Below are positions 1-8,970 of a stretch of DNA of 39,866 nt, piece after piece (positions within the stretch are counted from its first letter, which is position 1; every line of letters begins with the position of its first letter). Source of the stretch: Eubacteriales bacterium. Its GTDB lineage: Bacteria; Bacillota; Clostridia; Oscillospirales; JAAYXM01. Where the stretch lies: positions 1-39,866 of the forward strand of contig JAZQSI010000136.1 of the NCBI GenBank assembly GCA_045629985.1, written 5' to 3'. The notes below the pieces were generated by a model that worked only from the letters and a program-made list of their open reading frames with translations, was not told the DNA's origin and did not search any database. The position numbers were made by a program, and so were the translations under genes.

Positions 1-273
1 TCCCTCGGGGAAAACCGTATCATCAGCCTCTTCTTCCGTTAAAACGTCTGCATTCGTCAAATATGCCAACACAACTGCAAATCTGATAGGATAACTCTCT
101 TTGAGGCTCCTTAGTTCACGCTTCACTATACTGTCAAAAGCTCCTTGACTGCCAACCAAAAACTCAGTAACACCTCTCCTCTCAATTAAATCTACCAAAA
201 TTCTTCGCAACTCCGCAGAAACTTCTTTTGGAGTATTCCTGTGGCCAAAAAAAGTACAAGTGATACATTTCAA
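1..273 (-). CDS. DUF1273/YpsA-like (SLOG-fold) protein, N-terminal part; the gene runs off the left edge
   Basis: The minus-strand frame is open down to position 1. It reads (M)KCITCTFFGHRNTPKEVSAELRRILVDLIERRGVTEFLVGSQGAFDSIVKRELRSLKESYPIRFAVVLAYL, which shows the C-x-F-x-GHR and VG-x-QG-x-FD pattern of this family. It is missing from the ORF track because no stop codon lies in the window. The start is ambiguous: TTG at 273 abuts the GGAGG, and the well-spaced ATG at 268 is out of frame. Confidence 0.6.
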   Translation of the reverse strand, partial: MKCITCTFFGHRNTPKEVSAELRRILVDLIERRGVTEFLVGSQGAFDSIVKRELRSLKESYPIRFAVVLAYLTNADVLTEEEADDTVFPEG

Positions 274-282
274 CCTCCTTCT

Positions 283-383
283 GTGGGATATATCGTATAT
301 TATAGCACACCCTTTTCAAAATTGCGATATATCCCACACGATTTATCGTAGATTTGGTTAAAATCTTATTAACGATATATCAC
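283..383. promoter_or_regulatory. Candidate operator set in the divergent intergenic region: perfect 13-bp inverted repeat plus a third half-site
   Basis: GTGGGATATATCG (283-295) and CGATATATCCCAC (325-337) are exact reverse complements. A third copy, CGATATATCAC (373-383), sits 13 nt before the XRE start codon. Confidence 0.45.
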
Positions 384-395
384 GAGGTGTTTTGA

Positions 396-638
396 GTGAA
401 TATAAAAGAGGCTGTAGAAAAGAGAATTATTGAGCTCTGTAATGAACGCAACATCGCGGTAAACACTCTTGCAAACCTTTCCGGTGTTTCTCCCTCTACT
501 GTTTACAGTATTCTCGGCGCAAAGAGCAAAAACCCCGGAGTTGTGTCAATAAAAAAGCTTTGTGACGGGATTGATATTACCGTGAGAGACTTTTTCGACA
601 GTGATTTGTTTGACGAACTTGAACAGGAAATTAAATAG
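396..638 (+). CDS. XRE-family helix-turn-helix transcriptional regulator (80 aa)
   Basis: GTG start preceded by GAGGTG. The sequence ...NIAVNTLANLSGVSPSTVYSIL... is a typical Cro/C1 HTH. Confidence 0.85.
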   Translation: MNIKEAVEKRIIELCNERNIAVNTLANLSGVSPSTVYSILGAKSKNPGVVSIKKLCDGIDITVRDFFDSDLFDELEQEIK

Positions 639-650
639 ATTGAAAAATAA

Positions 651-690
651 AAAACAGACCTTGCTTTTGCAAGGTGTGTTTTTTTATTTT
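651..690. terminator. Bidirectional intrinsic terminator between convergent genes
   Basis: Hairpin ACCTTGC-TTTT-GCAAGGT (658-675) flanked by an A-run on the left and a T-run on the right. Confidence 0.6.
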
Positions 691-1376
691 CTGCCTTCAA
701 AAAACGAACGGAATGCAAACGCATCTCGGAACTCAAAGATTTTGGAGAAGAGCCTTGAGAAAAGGCTTATTACATAACCGTTGAGACACGCTGTCAGAAT
801 TGTTCCCCATCTGACTCCGACGAAGTTTCCGAAACCGAAAAACACGAAGCTCATAATGATTCCCAAAAGACAGCTTGAAAGGTCATATCCAATCTTGAAC
901 CTATGTATATCGACACCGAAATGCCCCGAAAGCTCTTTTACCAAAAGCTCATATGCCTCGGGCGAAATGTAAGTGCTGAACATAAGAGATACGCCTGCCG
1001 TTGCAAATATAAGCCCTGCTGCATACCAGATAGCTCTCTGCCAGAAGAAATCCACCGGCAAAAAACTCGAAATAAGCATAAACCCGTCCAATATAAGGCT
1101 ATACAGAACCGCTGTCGCAAAAGAAAAAAGAAAACCTACTTTAAATCTCCTTATGACAAGAGCTGTAAGTATAATGAGAAATCCCTGGAAACAATACTCC
1201 GCCATACCGAATGTAAAAAAGCTCCAGTAAGGATTAAGCCACTCGTATAAGATGTATGCAGGCGCAACAATCATCGAAACGCCAAAATCCGCCGCCACCA
1301 TAAGAACTGTACCAAATGCAATGGCACAAATTCCTATGAGATAGGCAAGCTCTGTATAGAATACTCTTTTTTTCAT
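684..1376 (-). CDS. Multi-pass integral membrane protein of unknown function (possibly YczE/DUF6198-like)
   Basis: 230-aa ORF, hydrophobic throughout with about 6 predicted TM segments. It is the last gene of a three-gene minus-strand unit. The family assignment rests on memory only. Confidence 0.6.
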   Translation of the reverse strand: MKKRVFYTELAYLIGICAIAFGTVLMVAADFGVSMIVAPAYILYEWLNPYWSFFTFGMAEYCFQGFLIILTALVIRRFKVGFLFSFATAVLYSLILDGFMLISSFLPVDFFWQRAIWYAAGLIFATAGVSLMFSTYISPEAYELLVKELSGHFGVDIHRFKIGYDLSSCLLGIIMSFVFFGFGNFVGVRWGTILTACLNGYVISLFSRLFSKIFEFRDAFAFRSFFEGRK

Positions 1377-1409
1377 TCATTTACCTCCGGTAAACAGAAA
1401 ATGGTCGTT

Positions 1410-2291
1410 CTATGTGCTGACGCTATAACTTTTTTCAGTAAGTCTTTCAGAGAGTTCCTCAAAGGTTACGAATTCATACCCTGCCTTTTTGAGCATCGAG
1501 ATTATTTTCTCGATGCGCTTTTTATATCCCTCAATACCGTATTTGAGATAGAAGCGGTCATATGACTTAAGCCCACGTATCCTCGGGATTTCCTGACGTG
1601 TCAGTTCAAACGGGTGCAGATAGAAGACATAATAATCATTTTTGCCGAGATACATCTTTATGAGCGTCTTCACAAATGTCCAGTTGCTGATGCGGACGTA
1701 TCCTCCGCCCGAAATCGAAAACCTCTTTCCGAAGACCTTTCCCTTTGAAAGACCAAACTCGAAAAAGCCGTCATTATGGAATAGGTTTCGGGAAATTCTG
1801 TTAAAGTCTTTCATATCAAGTTCTACGGTATGACGTGCCTTTGAAAAATTGAGGCGGCTAGAATCGTACCTGAATCCAAGCTCTTTTAAGATATCAAGCC
1901 GTGCATTGTCAAGGCTGAAAAACGGTGCACGAAAACCCTCAACGTCTGTTTTGAAAATCTCCTCAAGCAATTTCTTTGCGCGGCCTACTTCTGCTCTGAA
2001 TATTTCTTTCTTTACGTCCATCGGCGCAACATGCGTATGTCCGTGAAGAGCAAGGCGGTGGCCGTTTTCAAGATTTTTCTTAAGGCGGTCGGCAATTTGC
2101 GGAGCTAGCGTACCAACTGTGAAAAGAGTGCTTTTGATATTATGTTTATCAAGAATTTTCATATATTCGTCGAAGCCGTCAAGAAGGTCAACATCAACCT
2201 TGCTTTCAGATTTCGCAACACATTCCGTATCGCTGAACGCTTCGACATCCATAGTGAAAACTGCATACTTTTTTCTACTCATACCCATCAC
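1410..2291 (-). CDS. Polysaccharide deacetylase (CE4) family protein, DUF3473-type
   Basis: FTMDVEAFSD near the N-terminus, LFTVG, and the metal-binding-like LALHGHTH motif. 293 aa. Confidence 0.8.
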   Translation of the reverse strand: MMGMSRKKYAVFTMDVEAFSDTECVAKSESKVDVDLLDGFDEYMKILDKHNIKSTLFTVGTLAPQIADRLKKNLENGHRLALHGHTHVAPMDVKKEIFRAEVGRAKKLLEEIFKTDVEGFRAPFFSLDNARLDILKELGFRYDSSRLNFSKARHTVELDMKDFNRISRNLFHNDGFFEFGLSKGKVFGKRFSISGGGYVRISNWTFVKTLIKMYLGKNDYYVFYLHPFELTRQEIPRIRGLKSYDRFYLKYGIEGYKKRIEKIISMLKKAGYEFVTFEELSERLTEKSYSVST

Positions 2292-2305
2292 CCACGCAGA
2301 CTTCT

Positions 2306-3316
2306 TTATCTTTTGAAAAACTCTATGATTTCTCTGTCGTATTTCTCGGTGTTGTTTATTCTCAGATGCGAATGCCCGCCCTTGTCAAACCATACAAGCT
2401 TTTTATCTTTTGCGCTGCAACGGTCAAAAAGCTTCTGCGACTTTTCAGGGAGCGAGAAAACGTCTTTTTCACCATAGAGAAAGAGAACGCGTGCATCGGG
2501 TTTTATTTTAGTTATTGCAGATATCGGTTTGTCCTTATAAACATTTGTTCCCGTATGTCGATTTATATGAAGCATAACAAGGTCAAGCACCGGAAAAAGC
2601 GGGCGTTTATTGTATATCATATGCTGTTTGAACGTTTCTCGGAACGATACGAAGCAGCCTTCGGTTACAAATCCACACACATAATCGGGGCAGGATTTAT
2701 CCGTCATTGCAAAAATGCCTGCGGCAGTGCCTATGCAGATACCGTGGTACCACACCTCACGGTTAGAGAAGCGCTCGTGCATAAGCTTTGACCACGCGAT
2801 AACGTCTCTCGATTCTTTCACGCCGATGGTGTTGTACTTTCCACTACTTTTTCCGTGACAGCGGGTGTCGATAACAAGAACGTTGAACCCTGCTTCTTTA
2901 TACGGCGATGCGAAATAGTAAGAATACTTGAGACATTCGCATCTGCCAGGAAGAATGATAACGCATCTGTCTGCACCGAAATCAAAGTACTCGCCAAAGA
3001 GCGAGAAGCCGTCGTTTTCAATCTCGACTTCGGTTACCTTATCCCGATACTTTTCTGCCCATTCAATACCCGCATTCCACATTGCAAGCTGCTCTTCATT
3101 ATCTGGTGCGGAGCAGATGTGCCCCCATTTCTCCGGCGTTTCTCTCACAAGCTGTGAAAAATATACTATTTTTGAAATCGGATATGTGTAAACAAACATG
3201 AAAACGAGACCTCCGAGAAGAAGCCCTGCCAATATATAAATCCAAATCATACCAGATTGTATCCCCTTTCCCCATAAAACCTTTGATATTATAACACATT
3301 TTTCTGCAAATTTCAT
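2306..3316 (-). CDS. Membrane-anchored alpha/beta hydrolase with a G-x-C-x-G nucleophile elbow
   Basis: N-terminal TM segment (IWIYILAGLLLGGLVFMFVY), then an alpha/beta-hydrolase core: ILPGR...DTRCHGKSSG...HGICIGTAAG...GEKD...GGHSH. It is paralogous to the 8971-9936 gene. An alternative start lies at ATG 3250. Confidence 0.8.
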   Translation of the reverse strand: MKFAEKCVIISKVLWGKGIQSGMIWIYILAGLLLGGLVFMFVYTYPISKIVYFSQLVRETPEKWGHICSAPDNEEQLAMWNAGIEWAEKYRDKVTEVEIENDGFSLFGEYFDFGADRCVIILPGRCECLKYSYYFASPYKEAGFNVLVIDTRCHGKSSGKYNTIGVKESRDVIAWSKLMHERFSNREVWYHGICIGTAAGIFAMTDKSCPDYVCGFVTEGCFVSFRETFKQHMIYNKRPLFPVLDLVMLHINRHTGTNVYKDKPISAITKIKPDARVLFLYGEKDVFSLPEKSQKLFDRCSAKDKKLVWFDKGGHSHLRINNTEKYDREIIEFFKR

Positions 3317-3341
3317 CCTTTTATCGAAAAAAATAAATTTG

Positions 3342-3370
3342 TTGAAAATAGTCGCTTTTTATGATATTAT
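3342..3370 (+). promoter_or_regulatory. Putative sigma-A promoter of the fakB-fakB-fakA-plsX operon
   Basis: TTGAAA (3342-3347), 17 nt spacer, TATTAT (3365-3370), about 36 nt upstream of the ATG at 3407. Confidence 0.45.
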
Positions 3371-3406
3371 TAGTGTGTATTATTGTATAGTATCTAGGGG
3401 GATTTT

Positions 3407-4348
3407 ATGGCTGATTTTGTTATTATTCCGGACACCTCGTGCGACCTCGTGCGAGAGCTCCGCGAACGTTTTGGAATTGACGACTATATAAAAGGACTTG
3501 TCTATTTTCCCGACGGTCATGCCGAATATTCCGATATTGACTGGGAGCGTCACGATCCTGAAGAGTTTTTTGAGTCTATGTCCAGCAAAAAGATGATATA
3601 TAAGTCTGCCGCGTGTCCTACCGGCGAGATAATTGATACATTCGAGAGGCATCTTTCAAACGGAAAGGATATTCTTTGCCTTACACTCTCTTCTGCACTT
3701 TCGGGAACATACTCCACCTGCGAGCTTGTTAAGAACGATGTTCTCCCGAAATATCCGGAGCGCAAGATTATCTGCATCGACTCTCTGCGCTATTCTATGC
3801 CGCTCTCAATGCTTGCAATAGAAGCCGCAAAGAAGCGTGAAGAGGGATTTTCTCTTGAAGAAACCGCAGAGTATATAGAAGCGAACAAACACCGTGTGCA
3901 CCAGATTGGTCCAATGGATGATTTGTTCTTCCTCTGCCGCACCGGCAGAATTTCAAACTTCAAGGCGTTTTTCGGCAATCTCGTCGGAATCAATCCGATG
4001 GCTGATTTCAACCGCATAGGGCTTTCCGAAGTTCTCGGCAAGTTCAAAGGTAAAGCAAATGCACTTGATGCCGTGATAAAATACATGAAGGAAATCATAA
4101 TTGAGCCTGAGAAACAGATAATCTTTGTTTCTCACTCAAACCGCCGTGCTGTTGCAGAAAAACTCCGTGATATGATTATAAAAGAATTTAACCCACGTGA
4201 GGTCATCATCAGCCATATAGGTATGTCCTGTGGCTGTTCCGTAGGCCCCGGTCTTTGTGCGGCTTACTGGTGGGGCACGGAAATCAGCGATGGGCTTGTC
4301 AAAGAAAAGGCTATAATGGAAAATATTATTAAAAGTCAAAAGAAATAG
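3407..4348 (+). CDS. DegV-family fatty-acid-binding protein (FakB-like), copy 1
   Basis: N-terminal IIPDTSCDL and the family-wide layout. RBS GGGGGA precedes the start. 313 aa. Confidence 0.9.
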   Translation: MADFVIIPDTSCDLVRELRERFGIDDYIKGLVYFPDGHAEYSDIDWERHDPEEFFESMSSKKMIYKSAACPTGEIIDTFERHLSNGKDILCLTLSSALSGTYSTCELVKNDVLPKYPERKIICIDSLRYSMPLSMLAIEAAKKREEGFSLEETAEYIEANKHRVHQIGPMDDLFFLCRTGRISNFKAFFGNLVGINPMADFNRIGLSEVLGKFKGKANALDAVIKYMKEIIIEPEKQIIFVSHSNRRAVAEKLRDMIIKEFNPREVIISHIGMSCGCSVGPGLCAAYWWGTEISDGLVKEKAIMENIIKSQKK

Positions 4349-4358
4349 GAGACGGGAC

Positions 4359-5246
4359 ATGAAAGAATTTGTAATTTTCGGCGACTCTACCTGTGACTTA
4401 AACACTTCTCTTCGTGAGAAATATGACATAAAATATATAGCAATGAACTTCTCTGTTGATGATACCGAAGACATTGCTTCTCTTGATTGGGACAGTGCGC
4501 GAACAAAAGAGCATTACGACCTTATGCGTAACGGCAAGCGTATCTTTACCACGCAGGTTCCTAAAACTTCATTCTACGAATCATTCAAGAAAGTCCTTGA
4601 CGAAGGCAAGGCTGTTCTCTATATTTCTTGTTCTTCAGCTCTTTCAGCATCCGTAAACACTGCACGTGTCGTTGCCGAAGAGTTGAAATCAGAATATGCT
4701 GATGCTGAGATTTACTGCGTCGATTCTCTCATAAGCTCCCTCGGTCAAGGGTATCTTCTCATCCAGGCATCTATCAAAAGAGCCGAAGGTCTCTCTGCGG
4801 AAGAGTGTGCAAAGTACATCGAAAGCATCCGCCTTAAGGTAAACCAGTTCGGCACTGTCGATTCTATGGAATATCTCCGCCGTGCGGGTCGCATCAAGGC
4901 TTCAAAGGCATTTTTTGGCAATCTCTTCGGTGTAAAACCGATTATTATCTCCGACATTAAGGGTCAGAACTATGCCTGCAAGAAGGTCAAGGGCGCGGCA
5001 AACGCCCGCGCAACAATTGCAGACCTTGCAATTGAAGCTGCAGACGGGGTGTATGACACTCTCATGATTTCTCATGCTGACTGTGAGGAGAGCGCAATCC
5101 TTCTTCGCGATGAAATCTTAAAGCGCGCAGAATTTCGTGAAGTCATCTTTGGTTACATTGGTCCGATAGTCGGTGCATCCGTCGGTCCCGGCACCGTTAT
5201 CGCATATACGTTTGGCAAAGAAGTTACTATTGAGGGGAATGAATAA
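4359..5246 (+). CDS. DegV-family fatty-acid-binding protein (FakB-like), copy 2
   Basis: IFGDSTCDL N-terminus and ...GPGTVIAY at the C-terminus. It starts 10 nt after copy 1. 295 aa. Confidence 0.9.
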   Translation: MKEFVIFGDSTCDLNTSLREKYDIKYIAMNFSVDDTEDIASLDWDSARTKEHYDLMRNGKRIFTTQVPKTSFYESFKKVLDEGKAVLYISCSSALSASVNTARVVAEELKSEYADAEIYCVDSLISSLGQGYLLIQASIKRAEGLSAEECAKYIESIRLKVNQFGTVDSMEYLRRAGRIKASKAFFGNLFGVKPIIISDIKGQNYACKKVKGAANARATIADLAIEAADGVYDTLMISHADCEESAILLRDEILKRAEFREVIFGYIGPIVGASVGPGTVIAYTFGKEVTIEGNE

Positions 5247-5249
5247 GCC

Positions 5250-6899
5250 ATGCAGCAGTATATAGACGGCAAGGTTTTGAATTACATATTTACCGTCGGC
5301 TATCGCAACCTCAAGCGGAGAATGGACTTTATAAACGATCTCAACGTCTTCCCCGTCCCCGATGGCGATACCGGTACAAATATGGTGCACACCTTTGGCG
5401 GTGGCCTTGCTTCCGTAACTGTACAGAAAAATATCGGCAACTATATGAAGGAGCTTTCCCGCGCCGTTCTTCTCAGCGCGCGCGGAAATTCAGGAGTTAT
5501 TTTCTCCCAGTTTTTCCACGGCCTCTGCCGCGGCTTTGAAGAAAAAGAAAGCATTTCTTTTTCCGATATGGCACGTGCTTTTGAGTATGCACGCGAAGAT
5601 GCCTATAAATCGATTATGACTCCCACCGAGGGTACGATTCTCACCGTAATCCGCGAATCGGCAGAGTTTCTTCAGGAAAACGCTGATAAATATACTGATT
5701 TTAAATCCGGCCTCGCGGATCTCATCTCATGTATGAACGCCTCTCTTGCGAAAACACCTGAACTTCTCCCTGTTCTCAAGGAAGCGGGCGTTGTTGACAG
5801 CGGTGGCGCAGGCCTTGTTTGCTTTTTTGAAGGTATGCACACCTATTTCTGCGGCACTACGCTTGAAGACATTGAAGATAACGACTTTACTCCGAAGACG
5901 GTAAACACTTCCGATTTCGGTCCCGACAGCGTTATGGAGTATGGCTACTGCACAGAATTTATCCTCCAGCTTATGAACGCAAAGACTGATATTGCCTCTT
6001 TCTCTACCGATGAGTTTGTAAAACCGCTTAATGCGCTCGGCGACTCTATCGTTGCAGTTGCATCAGACAGCATCGTGAAGATTCATATCCACACATTTGA
6101 ACCCGAAAAGGTTCTTGAATATGCAAGACGTTTCGGCGAATTTGTCACGCTCAAGATTGAGAATATGTCAGTCCAGCACAGTGAGATACAGTCAAATACT
6201 TCAGCAAACGCAAGGGCAGAAGAGAAAGAGAAAGTAAAATACGCTATCGTTGCGGTTGCATCCGGCGAAGGTATCGTTGACTATTTCTACAACATCGGCG
6301 CAAACGCTGTTATCGACGGTGGCCAGACAAACAACCCGTCAGTCTCCGACTTTCTCGCCGCATTCGACCGTTTTGAAGCAGAGCACATCGTCGTGCTCCC
6401 GAACAACTCTAACATCATCCTCACCGCAAATCAGGCGGCGGAGATATATAAAGAAGCTTCCGTTCACGTTATCCCGACAAAGTCCATAACGGAAGGCTAC
6501 AGCGCTCTTTCCATGATGAATCTCTGGTGTGATACAGTGGATGAGCTTATCGAAGATATGAGTTCCGGTCTTTCAAATGTCACCTCGGCATACGTCACAA
6601 CCGCTACGCGTACTACCAATATGAACGGTGTCGATATTGAAAAAGACAACTATATAGGACTCCGTGGCAAGGAGATTCTCCTCTGCAATTCTGACAGATT
6701 CTACACGGTAACAAACCTTATAAAAGCAATTATGGAAGAGGACGAAAAAGCAGTTGCAATCTTCTTCTGCGGCAAGTCTGTTTCCGAAGAAGAAACGGAC
6801 GCACTCCGAGCCTTTATGGAAAACGAGTATCCCCTTGTTGACTTTGGCTTTGTTGACGGCAAGCAGGATGTTTATGACTACATCATTTCTTTGGAATAA
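5250..6899 (+). CDS. fakA: DAK2-domain protein YloV/FakA (fatty acid kinase ATP-binding subunit)
   Basis: DhaL/DAK2 signature FPVPDGDTGTNM. The 549-aa two-domain layout is typical of YloV/FakA. It starts 3 nt after the second DegV gene. Confidence 0.9.
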   Translation: MQQYIDGKVLNYIFTVGYRNLKRRMDFINDLNVFPVPDGDTGTNMVHTFGGGLASVTVQKNIGNYMKELSRAVLLSARGNSGVIFSQFFHGLCRGFEEKESISFSDMARAFEYAREDAYKSIMTPTEGTILTVIRESAEFLQENADKYTDFKSGLADLISCMNASLAKTPELLPVLKEAGVVDSGGAGLVCFFEGMHTYFCGTTLEDIEDNDFTPKTVNTSDFGPDSVMEYGYCTEFILQLMNAKTDIASFSTDEFVKPLNALGDSIVAVASDSIVKIHIHTFEPEKVLEYARRFGEFVTLKIENMSVQHSEIQSNTSANARAEEKEKVKYAIVAVASGEGIVDYFYNIGANAVIDGGQTNNPSVSDFLAAFDRFEAEHIVVLPNNSNIILTANQAAEIYKEASVHVIPTKSITEGYSALSMMNLWCDTVDELIEDMSSGLSNVTSAYVTTATRTTNMNGVDIEKDNYIGLRGKEILLCNSDRFYTVTNLIKAIMEEDEKAVAIFFCGKSVSEEETDALRAFMENEYPLVDFGFVDGKQDVYDYIISLE

Positions 6900-6910
6900 G
6901 GTGTCTTTCT

Positions 6911-7891
6911 ATGAAGAAAATCGTTATTGATATATATGGTGCAGATGCAGGCCCTGAAGTAGTTCTGCGCGGTGCCGCACGGGCAATCGGCGAATGTGGC
7001 ATATTCCCGGTTTTCGTAGGAGAAAAGCTTCTTGTTGACCGCGAAATGGCAGCAAAAGGGATTTTCCCTGAACAATACGAGGTCATTGATACCTGTGATT
7101 ATATCACGAATGATGAACCTCCCACTTGCATCTTCGGAGGTCGCGACAACTCTTCTGCCGCGCTTGCATTCGGCAGACTTAAGACAGACGATGACTGCAT
7201 TGCGATGATTTCCGCAGGGAGCACGGGCGCTCTTCTCGTCGGCTCTATCTGCCGCCTGGGTCTTATTCCGCCAATTAAATTCCCGTCGCTTTGCAGTGCT
7301 CTTCCGTGCGCAGGAGAAAAGCTTCTCTGCCTTGTTGACTGTGGTGCAATTATTGACTGCACAGCAAACGATCTTGTTCGTTTTGCAGTAATGGGAAACG
7401 TTCTTTCAAAATGCCATTGCGGAGTTGAAAATCCCCGTGTCGGGCTTATGTCCGTCGGCCGCGAGGATTCAAAGGGCAACGCCCTTACGCTTGAAGCTTT
7501 TAAGAAACTCTCTGAGCTTGATATTAACTTTATCGGCAACCTTGAGGGCAGCGATATGGTCTCCGGCTATGCTGACGTTATCGTTACCGACGGTTTTTCC
7601 GGAAACCTTCTCCTTAAGAGCACTGAAGCCGCAGGAAAAAAAGCTATGCAGATAGTCAACGACCTCGGTATTGACAATCCCGAGCTTGCAGGCAAAATCA
7701 GCGCAAAACTCTTTGAAACATTTGATTTTAATTCACGCGGCGGTGCAACATTCCTCGGCACGAAGAAAACCGTTGTAAAGATGCACGGTTTTGCAAATGA
7801 GGACACAACTTTTGCCTGCATTATGCAGATACTTCGACTTGAAAAGTCAGGCTTCTCGCAGAAAATTGCAGAAGCACTTAAAAATTTATAA
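6911..7891 (+). CDS. plsX: Phosphate acyltransferase PlsX
   Basis: Blocks ISAGSTGAL, PRVGLMSVGREDSKGN, INFIGNLEG, VIVTDGFSGN and VKMHG align, from memory, with B. subtilis PlsX. Confidence 0.9.
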   Translation: MKKIVIDIYGADAGPEVVLRGAARAIGECGIFPVFVGEKLLVDREMAAKGIFPEQYEVIDTCDYITNDEPPTCIFGGRDNSSAALAFGRLKTDDDCIAMISAGSTGALLVGSICRLGLIPPIKFPSLCSALPCAGEKLLCLVDCGAIIDCTANDLVRFAVMGNVLSKCHCGVENPRVGLMSVGREDSKGNALTLEAFKKLSELDINFIGNLEGSDMVSGYADVIVTDGFSGNLLLKSTEAAGKKAMQIVNDLGIDNPELAGKISAKLFETFDFNSRGGATFLGTKKTVVKMHGFANEDTTFACIMQILRLEKSGFSQKIAEALKNL

Positions 7892-7896
7892 AGAAT

Positions 7897-7930
7897 AAAG
7901 ACAAACATTTATACATGTTTGTCTTTGTGT
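7897..7930. terminator. Bidirectional intrinsic terminator between plsX (+) and the GT2 gene (-)
   Basis: AAAGACAAACAT / ATGTTTGTCTTT 12-bp stem (7897-7926) with flanking A and T tracts. Confidence 0.6.
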
Positions 7931-7935
7931 TTGTT

Positions 7936-8958
7936 TTATTCTTTTGTAATCGAAGCTATAAATATCAGCTGATGCAGGAAATACCTGAGTGGCAGACAGA
8001 TAATGTAAACCATATTGAAGTTTAAAAAAAGCGGAATGCCCGGTATAAGCAGAACAACCAATACACACATCAGTGTATATACGAAATAGTATATTACCGC
8101 ATATCCTATCGTTGTAAGATACTCAATTGAAGCTTCCTTTTTGAAAACGACATATCTGTTGAAGATAATGCACATTAAAAGCGATATTGCACCTATGGAA
8201 GGCACTACAACCGGTATGTAATGAGGCTCTGTTAAAAACGATGCAATAAGCAACAGTATTTCTGCCGCAATAAACGAGAAGACCGTTCCTCTCGCGAGCG
8301 AGAAAAGACTTTTGTATATCCTTACCGTGTCCGCAACAGGACTAAAATGGCTTGATTCGTTATTTCCAATGTAAATCGCATCAATTGGAAGCGTTGTTAT
8401 CTTGAGCCCTTTCTTTGCGGCATAATAGAGCACGTTCATCTCATAATCATAGTTATTCTTTTCAACCTCTATGAGCCAGTCAAGATTGCTTCTCGCAAAT
8501 CCGCGAAGCCCCGACTGATTATCGGAAAGGTAACGGTTTGTGAGCAGTGTGTATATAACTTTTGAAAAATCATTGCCAATCCTTGAACGGAGCGGTATCT
8601 TTCCCTTTCGCTCGCGCACACTCAAAACAAACTTATTTCCACGGTGCAAGAGTTCTCGGATGCGGACAGCGTCTTTCGGAAGGTGCTGACCGTCGGCATC
8701 GCAGGTTATGAAGTTCTCGCATTCGGGAAGATTGTCCCTTATATAGCGCATACCCGCCTTGAGCGCAGCTCCCTTGCCGCAGTTCTTCGGGAGTGTCACA
8801 ATATCTGCAAGGTTGCGTACGGAATCAAAAATCCCCTTGAACTTCTCCCCGCTTCCGTCATCAACAACTACAATCTTGAATTCATTCTCCCAAAGCTCAC
8901 GCACAAGCGATACGAGCTTTTCGTCCGGCTCATACGCCGGTATCAGAATCACGTCCAT
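7936..8958 (-). CDS. Family 2 glycosyltransferase with a C-terminal 4-TM (GtrA-like) membrane domain
   Basis: IPAYEP...VVVDDGSG...CDADGQH GT-A motifs, followed by about 110 hydrophobic residues that contain an NRYVVFK motif. Confidence 0.8.
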   Translation of the reverse strand: MDVILIPAYEPDEKLVSLVRELWENEFKIVVVDDGSGEKFKGIFDSVRNLADIVTLPKNCGKGAALKAGMRYIRDNLPECENFITCDADGQHLPKDAVRIRELLHRGNKFVLSVRERKGKIPLRSRIGNDFSKVIYTLLTNRYLSDNQSGLRGFARSNLDWLIEVEKNNYDYEMNVLYYAAKKGLKITTLPIDAIYIGNNESSHFSPVADTVRIYKSLFSLARGTVFSFIAAEILLLIASFLTEPHYIPVVVPSIGAISLLMCIIFNRYVVFKKEASIEYLTTIGYAVIYYFVYTLMCVLVVLLIPGIPLFLNFNMVYIICLPLRYFLHQLIFIASITKE

Positions 8959-8970
8959 TGAAAACCCTCT

